Below are positions 1 to 11,500 of a DNA stretch of 64,000 nt, piece after piece. The notes under the pieces are model-generated. The model was not told where the DNA came from, ran no database searches, and worked only from the letters and a program-made list of their open reading frames with translations. Position 1 is the first letter of the stretch. Each line of letters starts with the position of its first letter. The position numbers and the translations under genes were made by a program. Source of the DNA: Epithemia pelagica (taxonomy: Eukaryota > Protista > Bacillariophyta); assembly GCA_946965045.2 (NCBI GenBank), contig OX337234.1:372001-436000 (forward strand), read 5' to 3'.

Positions 1-911
1 AATACGGATTGATAGCTGTCATCGCATCCTCCTGCAACGACAAGACAGGAGCCCACTTGGACTGCAGAAAATACAGCTCTCGACTTGTTCAAAACGAGTT
101 TCTTGTGGACGGTCCAAGACTTTGTCGACAATGCGACAGTGGATGCGGCAGTAGGAGCATCCAACCAGCCATCAAACTCCAGGTATTCGACAGATTTCAG
201 GCAACTGGCGAAAAGTGTTTTCCACCCACCAACAGCATAGATGCGTGGACCTACCACAGCTAAAGCAAAAGCGCTTCGACCTTCTTTCAATGGTGGCCCA
301 GATACGACCGAATACGGATTCCCAGATGCCGTATCCAGGATCTCCACGGATGATAAGCAATTGTCGTATCCAGAAATGCATCCGCCCGTCACCACAATAA
401 ATCTGTCGGAAACAGCGACAGCCGCGCAGCCATATCGTTTACTGGTCAAACGACAATTCAACATCTTCCATCCCGTGGAGCTGTTACTGCAAGATGATGA
501 TGATGAAGGAAGTAAATCGCCGACATGGATACGTTCAATAGTATCCAAGGCAGTTCGGCCATTGTGTCCGCCAATGGCATAAACAGCGCCATTGCATACC
601 ACGGAAGCAAGTCTTCTTCGTTTTTCTTGTAAAGGCGGTCCAGTTTGCCATCTTGAATCGTCAACGTTCCAGAGACTTACTGAATTTGTTGCACCATGAA
701 CCGGCCATCCTCCCAACAAAACCACCATCTTGTCGCGGTTCATGGCTGGATGATGAACAAGAACCGACGCATGGCCCCCCATATGCCGCCCCATGAGTGT
801 AGTCCAGTTTTCACTAGATGGCCTCCACTGTGGTTCTATTTTGTCCTTGCTGTCGGTAAAGACCAATCCTGACAACAACGCTTGTTCCTGAACCTTCATA
901 CTTGCGGGCAT
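1..911 (-). CDS. Kelch-repeat protein, copy A (3' end runs off the left edge; an upstream exon is possible)
   Basis: Manual translation from ATG at 911 is open to the window edge: MPASMKVQEQ...VVLLGGWPVHG...WQTGPPLQEKRRRLASVVCNGAVYAIGG...FIVVTGG...RIYAVGGW...CLVVAGG. GG doublets and W/P spacing are typical of Kelch blades. It is absent from the ORF track, presumably because it has no stop inside the window. Confidence 0.85.
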   Translation of the reverse strand, partial: MPASMKVQEQALLSGLVFTDSKDKIEPQWRPSSENWTTLMGRHMGGHASVLVHHPAMNRDKMVVLLGGWPVHGATNSVSLWNVDDSRWQTGPPLQEKRRRLASVVCNGAVYAIGGHNGRTALDTIERIHVGDLLPSSSSSCSNSSTGWKMLNCRLTSKRYGCAAVAVSDRFIVVTGGCISGYDNCLSSVEILDTASGNPYSVVSGPPLKEGRSAFALAVVGPRIYAVGGWKTLFASCLKSVEYLEFDGWLDAPTAASTVALSTKSWTVHKKLVLNKSRAVFSAVQVGSCLVVAGGCDDSYQSV

Positions 912-1759
912 TGGACTTTTTTTGTGGAACAGGTGAAAAAGGTCCTTTTCCTCTGCGTGGGGCGCTTTCTTTTTGTGGCACAAAGACGAGTTTTGGTGGG
1001 TGCTTGTTGTTCCCTCCAAAGAAACAATATGTGTTTTGGATGTGTTCCGATTGACTGTTGCGTTCTCGTTCCTGGAATCTGAAGGTTATGGGGGTTGGCG
1101 TTGACTACGACTGATTCGTGCTCGTTCTTTATCCAACATCATTCGACCGATCCAAATCAGTCATATGTTGGGAAAGTCAGCCACTGATTGGAAGGGAAAG
1201 CAGTGGAGCGGTTTCGATGGTTGAGAGGAGACACCTCGACGGATCACAAGAGGTGCTGATTCGCACCGGATCCCAGGCAGGTGTGGCATGTCTGTCCGAA
1301 TGGATCGATTGCCTTTTCAGCAGACAACGGTTGCTTGATTCGTCTCCGAGGGCATTTAGAGGGATGCCGTCTTAGAATGCATAACTGATGCGTCGCTTCA
1401 TAGCACGATTCATGGTAGATAAGACAATCACCTTCGACATCACGGATTTCCAATATTCGGTCCAGGTCCCGACCTATCCACAACTTTGCCACCTCGGAAA
1501 TCCACCATGATGGCCTTCTGAGCGCCGTCACATACATCTTCCATGTCGGTTGCTTTTTTGGCACAATCAATCACCACCCCAACAGGGATATCTTGGCGAT
1601 TCTTCTTGCGAGCACGATGGCGACGAAGAGAAACCATCCCCTTGTCTTGATTGCTTCTTCTTCTTCCTCCTCCTTATTTCTTGCCACTACCCACTTCCGG
1701 AAGGGAATCGGCGTCCATCGTTCGAAAAGTAGCCAGAACGGCCCTGGGTGTCCTTCCAA

Positions 1760-2100
1760 CAAGTACTATAGAACAAGAATGACATCCATTCCATCATCAG
1801 TACTGCAGACTCAACCGAACGAACCACGAAACAACGGGGCAGAACCATCGCTGCAGAGATGGATTGGGGTGTCGTCAGAACTTGTAGATTGGAAAAACTG
1901 GGCGATCGTCTCAATCGTGGACAGGAATTTGACTCCATGAAGCAGATCTCGTTCCCATGGCGGTAATCTTGCAAGATGTTGTTGTAGAGTGTTGGGGACA
2001 GCGTGTGTATCGAGGCAAGGGATGGATTCGTTCGATGTCAAAACTATAGGATTTGCTCGGAGCTGAAAGTACCGCCTGGAATCGAACTATCTATTAGTGA
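1760..2100 (-). pseudogene. Degenerate RNase H fragment, probably from a non-LTR retrotransposon
   Basis: PNTLQQHLARLPPWERDLLHGV...HLCSDGSAPLFRGSFG*VCSTDDG contains an RNase H-type DGS...GSFG(W) start motif with W changed to a stop. There are further stops nearby. Confidence 0.55.
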
Positions 2101-2557
2101 CCAAAGGATGCGAAGAGGAATTTGACACAAGAGCACAGATTGATTAAGATATTTGTGGAACAAAGTTTTTGTATACTCCACTGCTTTTTGATGCTTCTTT
2201 CCATTCAACGTTGCAACAAGTCACTTCATGACACGTTTTCAATTCCTTGGTGGCTAAAAAGGGCCCATCACCACAGAACCTCTTTCACGCAGGGTCCAAA
2301 TTAAAACATGTCGATGATGGCCCAGGTGAGGTTGGAATTTTGCCAATATCCAACAGAACCTTGGACGAGGTTCAGGATGAGCATGTTGTGCTCCTTCCAA
2401 AAGATGACCCGGGTAAGGTTGGAACTTTGCCAATATCCAACCTTCTGCATTCACCAACACCAAGTTCAAAACACGACAGTCAATTCCTGGTGACCAGGAC
2501 ACAGTCACCACAGAACCTCTTGACACAGGGTCCTAAAAACATGCTCTTGTTGTGCTG

Positions 2558-3688
2558 TTAGGTTGGAACTTTGCCGATCTCCAACAAACGTGCAAAGAGC
2601 CAACTCTTCTTGTCCACAAGTGACACTGTTTCACACCAAAATTCCATTCGACTATTACGGATAATCACAGTAAGAGCATTCGACAAGGGCATCATGCCAC
2701 AAAAACTCCCCATACAAGTCAAGTCCGGAAGCTTCCAAACCATGTTTCTCACAGTATCCAAAACCTCCACAGAACGTACGTCTTCACCCCTGTCATCGCA
2801 TCCTCCTGCAACAACAATACAGGAACCCACGTGAACTGCAGAAAAGCCAGCTCTCGGCTTGTTCAAAATGAGTTCCTTGTGGATGGTCCAAGACTTTGTG
2901 GACAATGCGACAGTGAATGTGACAGGATCCAACCAATCATCAAACTCCAGGTATTCGACAGATTCCCGGTAATCCCCGGGGGTTATTCTCTCCCACCCAC
3001 CAACGGCATAGATGCGTGGACCTACCACAGCCATTGCAAAATTGCTTCGACATTTTTTCAACGATGGTCCAGATAGGACTAAATACGGCGTTCCAGATGC
3101 CGTATGCAGGATATCAACAGATGATAAGCATTTGTGGGGACTTGAATTGCATCCACCTGCCACCACAATAAATCTGTCACAAACAGCAACAGCGGCGCAG
3201 CCATATCGTTTACTTGTCAAACAACACTTCAACATCTTCCATCCTTCGGAGCTGCTCTTGGAAGAAGATGATGACGATGATGAAGGAAGTAAATCGCCGA
3301 CAGGGATACTTTCAATAGTATCCAAGGCAGTGTGGCCATTGTGTCCGCCAATGGCGTAAACAGCGCCATTGCAAACAACGGAAGCAAGTCTTCCTCGTTT
3401 TTCTTGGAGAGGCGGTCCAGTTTGCCATCTTTTCTCGTCAACGTTCCAGAGACTTACTGAATTTGTTGCACCATGAACCGGTCATCCTCCCAACAAAACC
3501 ACCATCTTGTCGCGGTTCATGGCTGGATGATGAACAAGAACCGACGCATGGCCCCCCATATGCCGCCCCATGAGTGAAGTCCAGTTTTCACTAGATGGCC
3601 TCCACTGCGGTTTTATTTCGTCCTTTCTGTCGGCAAAGACCAATCCCGACAGCAAAGCTTGTTCCTGGACCTTCATCCTTGTGGGCAT
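2558..3688 (-). pseudogene. Kelch-repeat protein, copy B, with a premature stop
   Basis: Colinear with copy A, but the LLGG-W codon TGG is TGA at 3482-3484. The frame continues through Kelch blades to LEIGKVPT* at 2558. Confidence 0.8.
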
Positions 3689-5001
3689 TGGACTTTTTTT
3701 GTGGAACAGGTCAAAAGGTTCTTTGTTTGTCTCAAGGAGCGCTTTCTTTTTCTGGCATCGAGAAACGTTTTTTCATGGATGTGTTTTGACTGACTGGTAA
3801 GTTCTCGGTCCTAAGCTCTGGAGGTTATTGGTGATTACCACTGATTCGTGCTCGTTCGTCATCGAACACAATTTGACCGATCCAAATCCATCATACATGT
3901 TGCGTTGGGAGAGTTCGAAGGGAAATAGGCGGAGCGGTTTCGATGGTTGAGAAAACACACCTCGACGGATCAGACAATAGGTGCTGATTCGCGCGTGACA
4001 TGTGCTCGTTGAACTGTCCGAATGGATCGATTGTTTTTTTTCAGCGGACAACGGTTGCTTGATTCGTCTCCGAGGGCATTTCGAGGGACAACGTCTTACC
4101 ATGCATATTTCCTCCTCCTCCTTCTTTCTTGCCACTGAAATTGGTTCCATTGCTTTTCCGATGCTTTTGCTACAATGACCCATTGTCCATACCATTTGTT
4201 CAAGATAAAGAGAATATGCATTCACTGCTCTCTCTTCATCATTAGCAATGGTCCGGCAAGCATCCTAGCAGGAATCTACCAACCAAGAACACATTCGTCT
4301 CGAACAAATAGAAATAGCTCTCTTCAACTTGAGCGACTGTACGCAGGTGACCTTGCAGGAATCTATGAACCAAGAACACATTCGTCTCTGTCCCGTGCAA
4401 GGATATCTCTTGGAATGACCGGAGCGCTACTCTGCAACACTCCTGTCATTGCAAGGAATAAACTTGCACGCATCCAAGAACCGTCGAGTTGTCCACCGTT
4501 CCAAAGTAGTACCCCAATAGGACAACAATAATAACCACAACCACAAGATCTTGGTAGACGATGAGAGGACAACAATTTGAACAACGCTAATTGTTGTCCT
4601 CTCATAAAGACGACTACATTTCTGGTGGCCAAGATCGTGATGTGTGGTTGTTGATCATAGATGATGAATAAAAAATAAGTAGTCCCTCATTCGCACACAG
4701 CACGACGAGGATCAGAGGGCCTGCAAACAGAAGAAGCAACAACAACAAACACAACCAGACAGAAGAGAACCGAATCACCAATCACAACAAAGAGGGATAC
4801 CCCTTTCTGTCCGACAGCGGACATAGCTGCGCATACCGCCATTGCCAATTGCCAGGCCATGGCGGTGCTTTTGGCCAAACCGGATAGGAGGACAGACAGA
4901 AACCAGCCGCATGATCTTCACCCCGCCGGCGCGCGCATGGGGGGTCGTTTGGGGGGAATGTCGGGCGCGCAACGCTCACAAATTCCAAACCCACAGCCCA
5001 A

Positions 5002-6798
5002 ATGGCCATGGCGTCGTTGTCGTCCTCGAAATGGTTGTCATCATCCCCCCATAAACGAAAACAGGAAGACAAAAGAGGAGGAGGAGGAGGAGGAGGAGGA
5101 GATTTCAGTGGTACGAATGGCAGAACAAGAACAGCACCAAAAATGGAAGCAACCGATCGAGTTCAACGGTGGATCGTCGTGTGCCTGTTGTGTTTGTGGA
5201 GTGCCTCGATTCCCTTTCGGTATTCGTACGGAACAACAAGCACTAGGATGATTCGTACTACCACCACACTCACACAGTCACCACCGCCAACAACAACAAC
5301 AACTCCATCCTCCTCTGGCGGGTCTCTATCCTCCTGGATCACTCCTCCTCCATTGTTGTCGCCATTCCCCAACCACCACAACGACAACCACAACTGGTTG
5401 GTTTGGGTCACCTTGACGCGTCGTCAACCGACGCAATTTCCACTCTTGGTCTGCACCGCTCAAGCCTTGCTGGCTGTGCCTCCATCCACCAGCAACATCA
5501 ACAGGAACAACCACACTTCCACCAATGTGTATTGGCTGGTGGTGGAACTTCCACCCCTGCCACAACCCGACGACGACAACGACCATGGCAATCTCGGTCG
5601 TCCTCGTCACCATCAGAAGAAGAAGAAGAAGAAGAAGCGGCAACAACGTCAACCCAAACAAGAAGAAGAAGAAACCAACAACCAACACCAGACACAGCAC
5701 TCTCATTCTCCTTTGGACGACTCGAATGGTGGTGGTTGTACGGCTGCTGTTCGTGACTATTTGCACGAGACGCTTCCACCACGCGTACATCCAAGCGAGA
5801 ACGATGATGATGACGACCATCCACCACAACCTCGTTTGGCGTGGGCCCACGTATGTTGGAAGGACCTGGTCTATCCGTACTACCACCATTCTCCTCGTTC
5901 GGATGCGGAGTCATCTCCATGGACTACAACTAAAACGGCAACGACACCGACAGCCACGGCCGTGGACCTTCTTCCACGAGCGATTGCCGACCTGGTACAA
6001 CGGCACGTGGTACTGCCAAGTCTACCAGTGTCGTCGTCGTCACGATCCAACCCAACGACGACAACAATGGTCCAAGTCGTGTACAGTCATGCCGGAACCT
6101 TGCCCTTGTTGTTGCATGTGGGACGCTTGCATCGGTTCTTGGGGGCTGCACCAACGAGTCGTCGTCGTATCCTGGCCTGTCGACAACACCAACAACAAGT
6201 GCTCGTCCCTCCTCATCCGGATGGTTCCACCACCACCACGAACATTGTGGCAATCACCCTGAACTCCTGGTTGCCACCCTCCTGGTGTCCCACCAAGAAC
6301 CACACGGCCGGACCAAAAGCAGGGTCCAGGAATAGCAGCAGTAGTAGTAGTATCAACACACACACGAGTACCCACCCAGAACAACCAGACCATCAACACG
6401 CAGAGACGTTCTTCTTTTTGCCCTGGCGACTCGAGGTGACACCTGGCTATTTGGAAAATGTCCAAGGGGAATTGTGGAATCTGGTGGTTGCACAAGAACA
6501 ACAGCAACAAGACAAGGAAGCGCCATTCGAACCAACCACAACCATCCAAACACCCGAACACCGTCGATTGGTCATGATGCAACGACGGGCGCAATGGAAT
6601 CGACGACAACCGCCACCACCATCCATTGCTGCTGCTGCTGTGGGGGATGGTAGTAGCGCCAATGAGTCGTCGTCGCCGTTGTCGCCACTGTTTTGGGAGC
6701 CGCCCTGGGACATGCTGCAGGTCCTACCCTCCCTTCCATCCACAACAGCAACCGCAGTAGAGGGAATCTCGAACCACCCGGAAGGAAGGAATGCATGA
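5002..6798 (+). CDS. Type II membrane protein with a GT43 (B3GAT)-like N-terminal motif, paralog 1
   Basis: A TM segment (WIVVCLLCLWSASI) is followed by WVTLTRRQPTQFPLLVCTAQALLAVP...VYWLVVE, which resembles GT43 VVTPTYARxxQKAELxRLxQTLxLVPxLHWxxVE. It also has PGYLEN near the C-terminus. The start may be M at 5143. Confidence 0.6.
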   Translation: MAMASLSSSKWLSSSPHKRKQEDKRGGGGGGGGDFSGTNGRTRTAPKMEATDRVQRWIVVCLLCLWSASIPFRYSYGTTSTRMIRTTTTLTQSPPPTTTTTPSSSGGSLSSWITPPPLLSPFPNHHNDNHNWLVWVTLTRRQPTQFPLLVCTAQALLAVPPSTSNINRNNHTSTNVYWLVVELPPLPQPDDDNDHGNLGRPRHHQKKKKKKKRQQRQPKQEEEETNNQHQTQHSHSPLDDSNGGGCTAAVRDYLHETLPPRVHPSENDDDDDHPPQPRLAWAHVCWKDLVYPYYHHSPRSDAESSPWTTTKTATTPTATAVDLLPRAIADLVQRHVVLPSLPVSSSSRSNPTTTTMVQVVYSHAGTLPLLLHVGRLHRFLGAAPTSRRRILACRQHQQQVLVPPHPDGSTTTTNIVAITLNSWLPPSWCPTKNHTAGPKAGSRNSSSSSSINTHTSTHPEQPDHQHAETFFFLPWRLEVTPGYLENVQGELWNLVVAQEQQQQDKEAPFEPTTTIQTPEHRRLVMMQRRAQWNRRQPPPPSIAAAAVGDGSSANESSSPLSPLFWEPPWDMLQVLPSLPSTTATAVEGISNHPEGRNA

Positions 6799-6986
6799 GA
6801 GTGAAGGAATGAGTCACACGAGCCCGCCATTGTCCCACCCAATAGGAAGGTCTTGTGGAAGTCTCGGATTCCTATCCCTCCAGCTAGATTCATTGTACGG
6901 CGTCTAGACCAACCGTGGGGTGGTGGTTCGTTGGGTGGCGGGCCGTTCCAATCCAAGTCGTGGGCTCTCTCTACTATGCGAGTACA

Positions 6987-6987
<1 letters not shown>

Positions 6988-7024
<37 letters not shown>
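6988..7024. repeat. (CT)n microsatellite
   Basis: Directly visible dinucleotide run. Confidence 0.9.
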
Positions 7025-7027
<3 letters not shown>

Positions 7028-7669
7028 TAGTAGAGAGACTCTCTCTCATAGCTAGGAGGCGTACTCGTTTGGAATCCTCCCATTTGGTTTCTGGACCATT
7101 GTTTGTTTGTCAGTTCGGATTCGACCACCAAGGATCTCTATCGTTGTATGGAATAGATGATTGGATCGTCCTACTATCTCATCTCTTTTTTATTGTGGGG
7201 TAGTTTTGGAGAGAGGGTATCGAATAGGAGTGTAGCTAAATGTACTCATATACGATATAGGCAGAGTAGATTGTAGATTAGATTTTTGCATAGCTCGTAA
7301 ACCGGTATGCAGGATGCAGTAGTGCCGGGGTCTTGCGTGGTGCATAGAACGGTACTCGCATTCTTCGGCGTGTACGTAGGGTGCGTTCGTTGTGGGCCAT
7401 TCCCTACAAAGTTGCGCCCCGGAGGAATCCCCCTCAATGGATGGGCAAAAACATTCGATCCAACGCTATATACGCTGCTACGGACGGAGAGGCATTCACA
7501 ACAAACAACAACAACGATATCCTCTCTCTCTATCGGGTTGGAACACAGACACCACACATCAATGAGAGTGCTGTTGTCAAGCACATCCAACGGACAATCC
7601 TTTCGTTTCGCAACGAGGAACCAGTAACCAGCAGCAGACTCTCTCTCTCCAGTCATTATCATCATTATC

Positions 7670-9004
7670 ATGTCGTCGCGTGGACTGTCCACTCCGCAAT
7701 CCGCAGCCACAGCAGCACCATCATCACCACCACGACAAACACCCTTTGTTCGACACTACCGATTGTATCACTGGCAGTCCTTGGTGAAATGCCTCGTATC
7801 ACTTTCCATTGTCGGTGCCTTTGCCATAACTGAATTTCGAAACAGCTTGTCCTTGACCGTGGGAACGACCGATTCCTTGTGGGCCGAACTCAATGCCACC
7901 TATGCCGCCCTCTTGACCGATGCCACGACCACAACAGCGGCTGCCAAAAGTACCAGTATCACCACCCTAACCGGACACTCGCCACCACCGCCGCCGCCAG
8001 GGACCGTTCTCGTGACGGATCCATCCACCACCGAGACGGTTCAGTCCTTGATTCCCTACCTGGGTGGTTCCCACCCTGACAACAACCACAACAACGACAA
8101 CAATGAACGGTGGTTGGTCTGGGTTACCTTGACCTCCCGTCAACCGACGCAATTTGTGGATCTGGTTCGCACCTCCCAAGCCTTGGCCGCCCTGCCCCAG
8201 TTGTATGACAACAACGAAACCAACGACAACCACGACGACACGACAAACCAGAAACGCCAGCATGTGAACGTGTATTGGGTCGTGGTCGAACTCTTGCCCC
8301 GAGCATCGGGGAAAAAGAGCTCCAGTACTACGACTACCCATAAGCCCTCGATTGATGAATTAATGGACCAAAAGCAAGAGCAATATCCCACCACTCCCCA
8401 GAATGGTGAGTGTTCCCGGGCCGTGCGAGAGTACGTCCTGGATACGATCCAAGAGGCGCACCTGCCCGTCGCACACTTGTGTTGGAAGGACATTGTGGTC
8501 GGGGCAGCCGACTCGACTCTTACCCAACCAGAACAAATTCAACACGCCGTGCACCAATTGGTCACTCAGGAATTGGTGGCCGATCGGCAATCCAACCACA
8601 ATCATAATAAGGTGACCATTGTCTATGGTCACAGTGGCACAGCACCCCTCCTGCTCAATGTCGGACGCTTGTACCAGATTGCCACCACGCCGCCACAACA
8701 CAATACCCCGAACCAGGAACGACGTGCCAGCACGGCACGAACGACCCTGGGAGGCTGTATGGTCCAACAACCCCATAGTAGTAGTAGTAGTACGGCCGAC
8801 GACCCAACCAATCATGAATCCTCGTGGCGGGTGGAATCCTGGTTGCCGCGCGCCTATTGTTCCAGCATCAGCAACCGCATGACAACAACCACCACACAGG
8901 CTCCGTGGCCCTGTGGCTTTTGTCGGGGCTATCAAACCTTTTGGGCCGGCAGTGCTCGAGGAAATGAGCTCCTCCGAGGAGAAGTTTGGAATCATTGGTG
9001 GTAA
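7670..9004 (+). CDS. GT43-like type II membrane protein, paralog 2
   Basis: A TM segment is followed by WLVWVTLTSRQPTQFVDLVRTSQALAALP...VYWVVVELLP, AHLCWKD, IVYGHSGTAPLLLNVGRL and RGYQ...GEVWN. These blocks align with paralog 1. Confidence 0.6.
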   Translation: MSSRGLSTPQSAATAAPSSPPRQTPFVRHYRLYHWQSLVKCLVSLSIVGAFAITEFRNSLSLTVGTTDSLWAELNATYAALLTDATTTTAAAKSTSITTLTGHSPPPPPPGTVLVTDPSTTETVQSLIPYLGGSHPDNNHNNDNNERWLVWVTLTSRQPTQFVDLVRTSQALAALPQLYDNNETNDNHDDTTNQKRQHVNVYWVVVELLPRASGKKSSSTTTTHKPSIDELMDQKQEQYPTTPQNGECSRAVREYVLDTIQEAHLPVAHLCWKDIVVGAADSTLTQPEQIQHAVHQLVTQELVADRQSNHNHNKVTIVYGHSGTAPLLLNVGRLYQIATTPPQHNTPNQERRASTARTTLGGCMVQQPHSSSSSTADDPTNHESSWRVESWLPRAYCSSISNRMTTTTTQAPWPCGFCRGYQTFWAGSARGNELLRGEVWNHWW

Positions 9005-9584
9005 CAACGAATCATGCATACGTCTCATACGACCAGTTGCATCCTAGAAGGTCCACCACACACAAGTACCAGCTATACGAATACAAAGGGGAATCATGCG
9101 ACAAAAAAGGAATCACACCAAGGTCCTTAGTCATTGACACCACAAACGATTAATAGATTCGTACGGATGGTATTCTTCTTCTTCCAGAGAGAGAGAGAGA
9201 GCATAATTGGACAACTTCTTGGTAATAGGCAGAGGATTCGTCTCGAAAGAAGGCCCGTTGATGGATGCACTGTAGATTCGCCATGGCCGTGGATGTCGAT
9301 TGGATCTGAAAGAAAATGGGGGGGTCATTTGGGTTTTTGGGTTTGGGGGGGGGTTGACTTTTAAGAGGTCGCTGTTAATTCGCTCATTTAGTGCGTGCCA
9401 CTTGGCAGTTGGCCCCCCCGATGCTGACCCTGACGACACAAAAGGCATCTGATCCTTCGTGCAAAGAAGAACTTGCCAACACTTTTCTGGGTCTTTTCTT
9501 GTTGTCCGTCTCCGTCCCAGTTTGGACATCCAAACAACAGAACAACAGCAACCAACAGGCCGCTCGTTGCCTTGTTTTGTTGCC

Positions 9585-10577
9585 ATGGACGGCAATGAAC
9601 TCTCTATCGGCGGAGAGCAGCAGCAAGCAGCCGAAGATTATGCCCAATTCCCCGGGTTGGTGAGTTCTCCGACACGGACAGCCTATCTTTCCGATGGGGT
9701 CTATCTCTTGGGCCTTGTCTTGGCCATGATTTCGACTTGCTTGTCCGCCTTTGGGTCCACGACCCTCATTACCTTGATGCTGCGCAACCGGCAAACATTA
9801 TTATGGAAGAGTCTCAGCAATCGCTTGGTGTTTGGCATGAGTGTCTTGGATTTGGTCGTGTGTCTCTCCTTGGTCCTGCAATCCTTTTTGGTACGACACG
9901 ATTCCGAAATTTTGACAGCCGTCGGCACTCGTCAATCCTGCGAGGCCGTTGGGTCTTTGTTTCTCTTTTATATCGGCGTGTCCAGTTACAATTGTGGGTT
10001 GAGCCTGTATTATTTGCTCAGTGTCCGCCTCCCAAAAACCCGAGCCCAATTCGTCCAACGACAAGTGTTGGAACCGTGTATTCATGTCGTGCCGATTGGA
10101 TTGCCCTTGGGATTGGGGATTGCCGCCGTGGCGACGCAGAGTGTGAATCCCTTGTTGGCCATGAATGTGTGTGATATTGCCGTGTATCCAGCCGCCTGCG
10201 AATTTCGAAGTGACGTGGACTGTCAACGAGGAACCGGGGCCGCCTGGTCCATTGTGTCGGCCATTCAAAACAGTGCCTCCCTCTTGTTTCCCGCAATCGG
10301 AGGTCTGTGTACCTGGCTCATTTATTGGACGACGCGCCAAAAATTGCGGGATCGTACGTGGACATTGCGGCGCTCTCTTTGTGAAGTAAGCACACTCAAC
10401 AACAAAGCGACAAGACAACCCAATAGAAGCGATGGAAGGTGTCCGACGTTGTGTATGTATGAAACCAGTGTTGGATTGGCCTTTTATTATTGTGGTGGTG
10501 AAACGAACGTGATTCGATATGGATGGAAAAACAGAACGATATGCATGTACAGCATCGGCGAGATAGACGGTGAGTGA
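9585..10577 (+). pseudogene. 7TM GPCR-like receptor truncated after TM5
   Basis: Five hydrophobic helices are visible with SNRLVFGMSVLDL, GTRQSCEAVG, YNCGLSLYYLLSVR, EPCIHVVP and the C-x-YPxxC...C-xRG loop. From 10349 the frame reads into a repeat also found at 37940, and no TM6/TM7 is visible. Confidence 0.7.
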
Positions 10578-11500
10578 CAAGACAGCAGATCTTCTTTTCT
10601 TTCTTTCACAAGTAGAGAACGAGACAAAGCACGGAAAGTATGGTAATGGTGTTGATCCTTCCTTCCGCCCTAACATCATCATCAGTCAGGTGCTTCCCTC
10701 TAGACGCCTTACGATTATTAGGGCATCGTAACAGGAGAAGGAGCAACAACAAGAACAACAACGAGTCAGAAACGAAACGGTGGGTGTCACAGATGCTTCT
10801 CTGTGTCTGTGAATGGGGAGAAGAATGGGCCCCCTACAAAAATAGCGGAATCCACATTCGAATCGTCGAGGAGCCCCAGACATGGGTATGTGTGTCTGTG
10901 TGCAAAGGCTCTCTCTCTCTCTCTCCGTGCGAGAACAGCACACGCAAGGAACGATCCACTCCTACAAAACTTTACAGAGTCCAAAAGGGTTGGGAGTGTA
11001 CCTACAAAAGAGTGCGACAACGCTCGAGACACAGATGACAAGAGAAGGAACGTTGCTATTCCCATGTTTCTTCTCTCAACGCTTTTGACATGGGAACTAC
11101 TGCAATAAGAACGGCCATCCATTTAGCGAGGCGCTCGGTAGGCAATCACAAGCCAGAGGGTGACCACACGATAGACAGCTGCGCTGATCACTGTCATTAT
11201 CCATCGCCATTGGATTCTGCGCAGCGGTGTATGGTGTGGTCACCCTCTGGCTTGGGAATTCCGGCCAAGCATATTGCCAAATGGACAGCCATTCACCAAC
11301 TGTTTGGCCATGCATCGACAACGGGTCCAACGGGTTCACGTACGGATTGAAAAATTAGATCGACTGACTACTCCTACTGGCGTCGCTGGATTGGGAATTG
11401 CCATGACCCGTGACCAACTAGCAACACCAACCGAATAATCGTATCGTCGGTCGTCCATGATGGCCGAATGAGAGACGATCGGTCACTTGGGGTTCATGGT
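10349..11500 (+). repeat. Dispersed ~1.1-kb repeat R, copy 1
   Basis: Aligns in direct orientation with 37940-~38990, starting at ggatc(g/c)tacgtggacattgcgg. It includes a (CT)n tract and a long hairpin. Confidence 0.85.
11149..11254. other. Long imperfect hairpin (36-bp arms, 3 mismatches, 34-nt loop)
   Basis: caagccagagggtgaccacacgatagacagctgcgc (11149-11184) pairs with gcgcagcggtgtatggtgtggtcaccctctggcttg (11219-11254). Confidence 0.85.

Larger units (their letters stand above)
1..4110. repeat. Tandem duplication (offset ~2.77 kb) of the Kelch gene plus upstream sequence
   Basis: 1-~1400 aligns with ~2780-4110, e.g. 241 vs 3012 and ATG 911 vs 3688. Confidence 0.85.

Noticed and set aside
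1118-1570. Conserved sequence upstream of both Kelch copies as an extra N-terminal domain exon
   Set aside because: The two copies disagree in frame, contain stops, and show no recognisable domain or confident splice sites.
3482-3484. In-frame TGA as selenocysteine or programmed read-through
   Set aside because: The paralog has TGG (Trp) at this position, so a single nonsense mutation is the simpler explanation.
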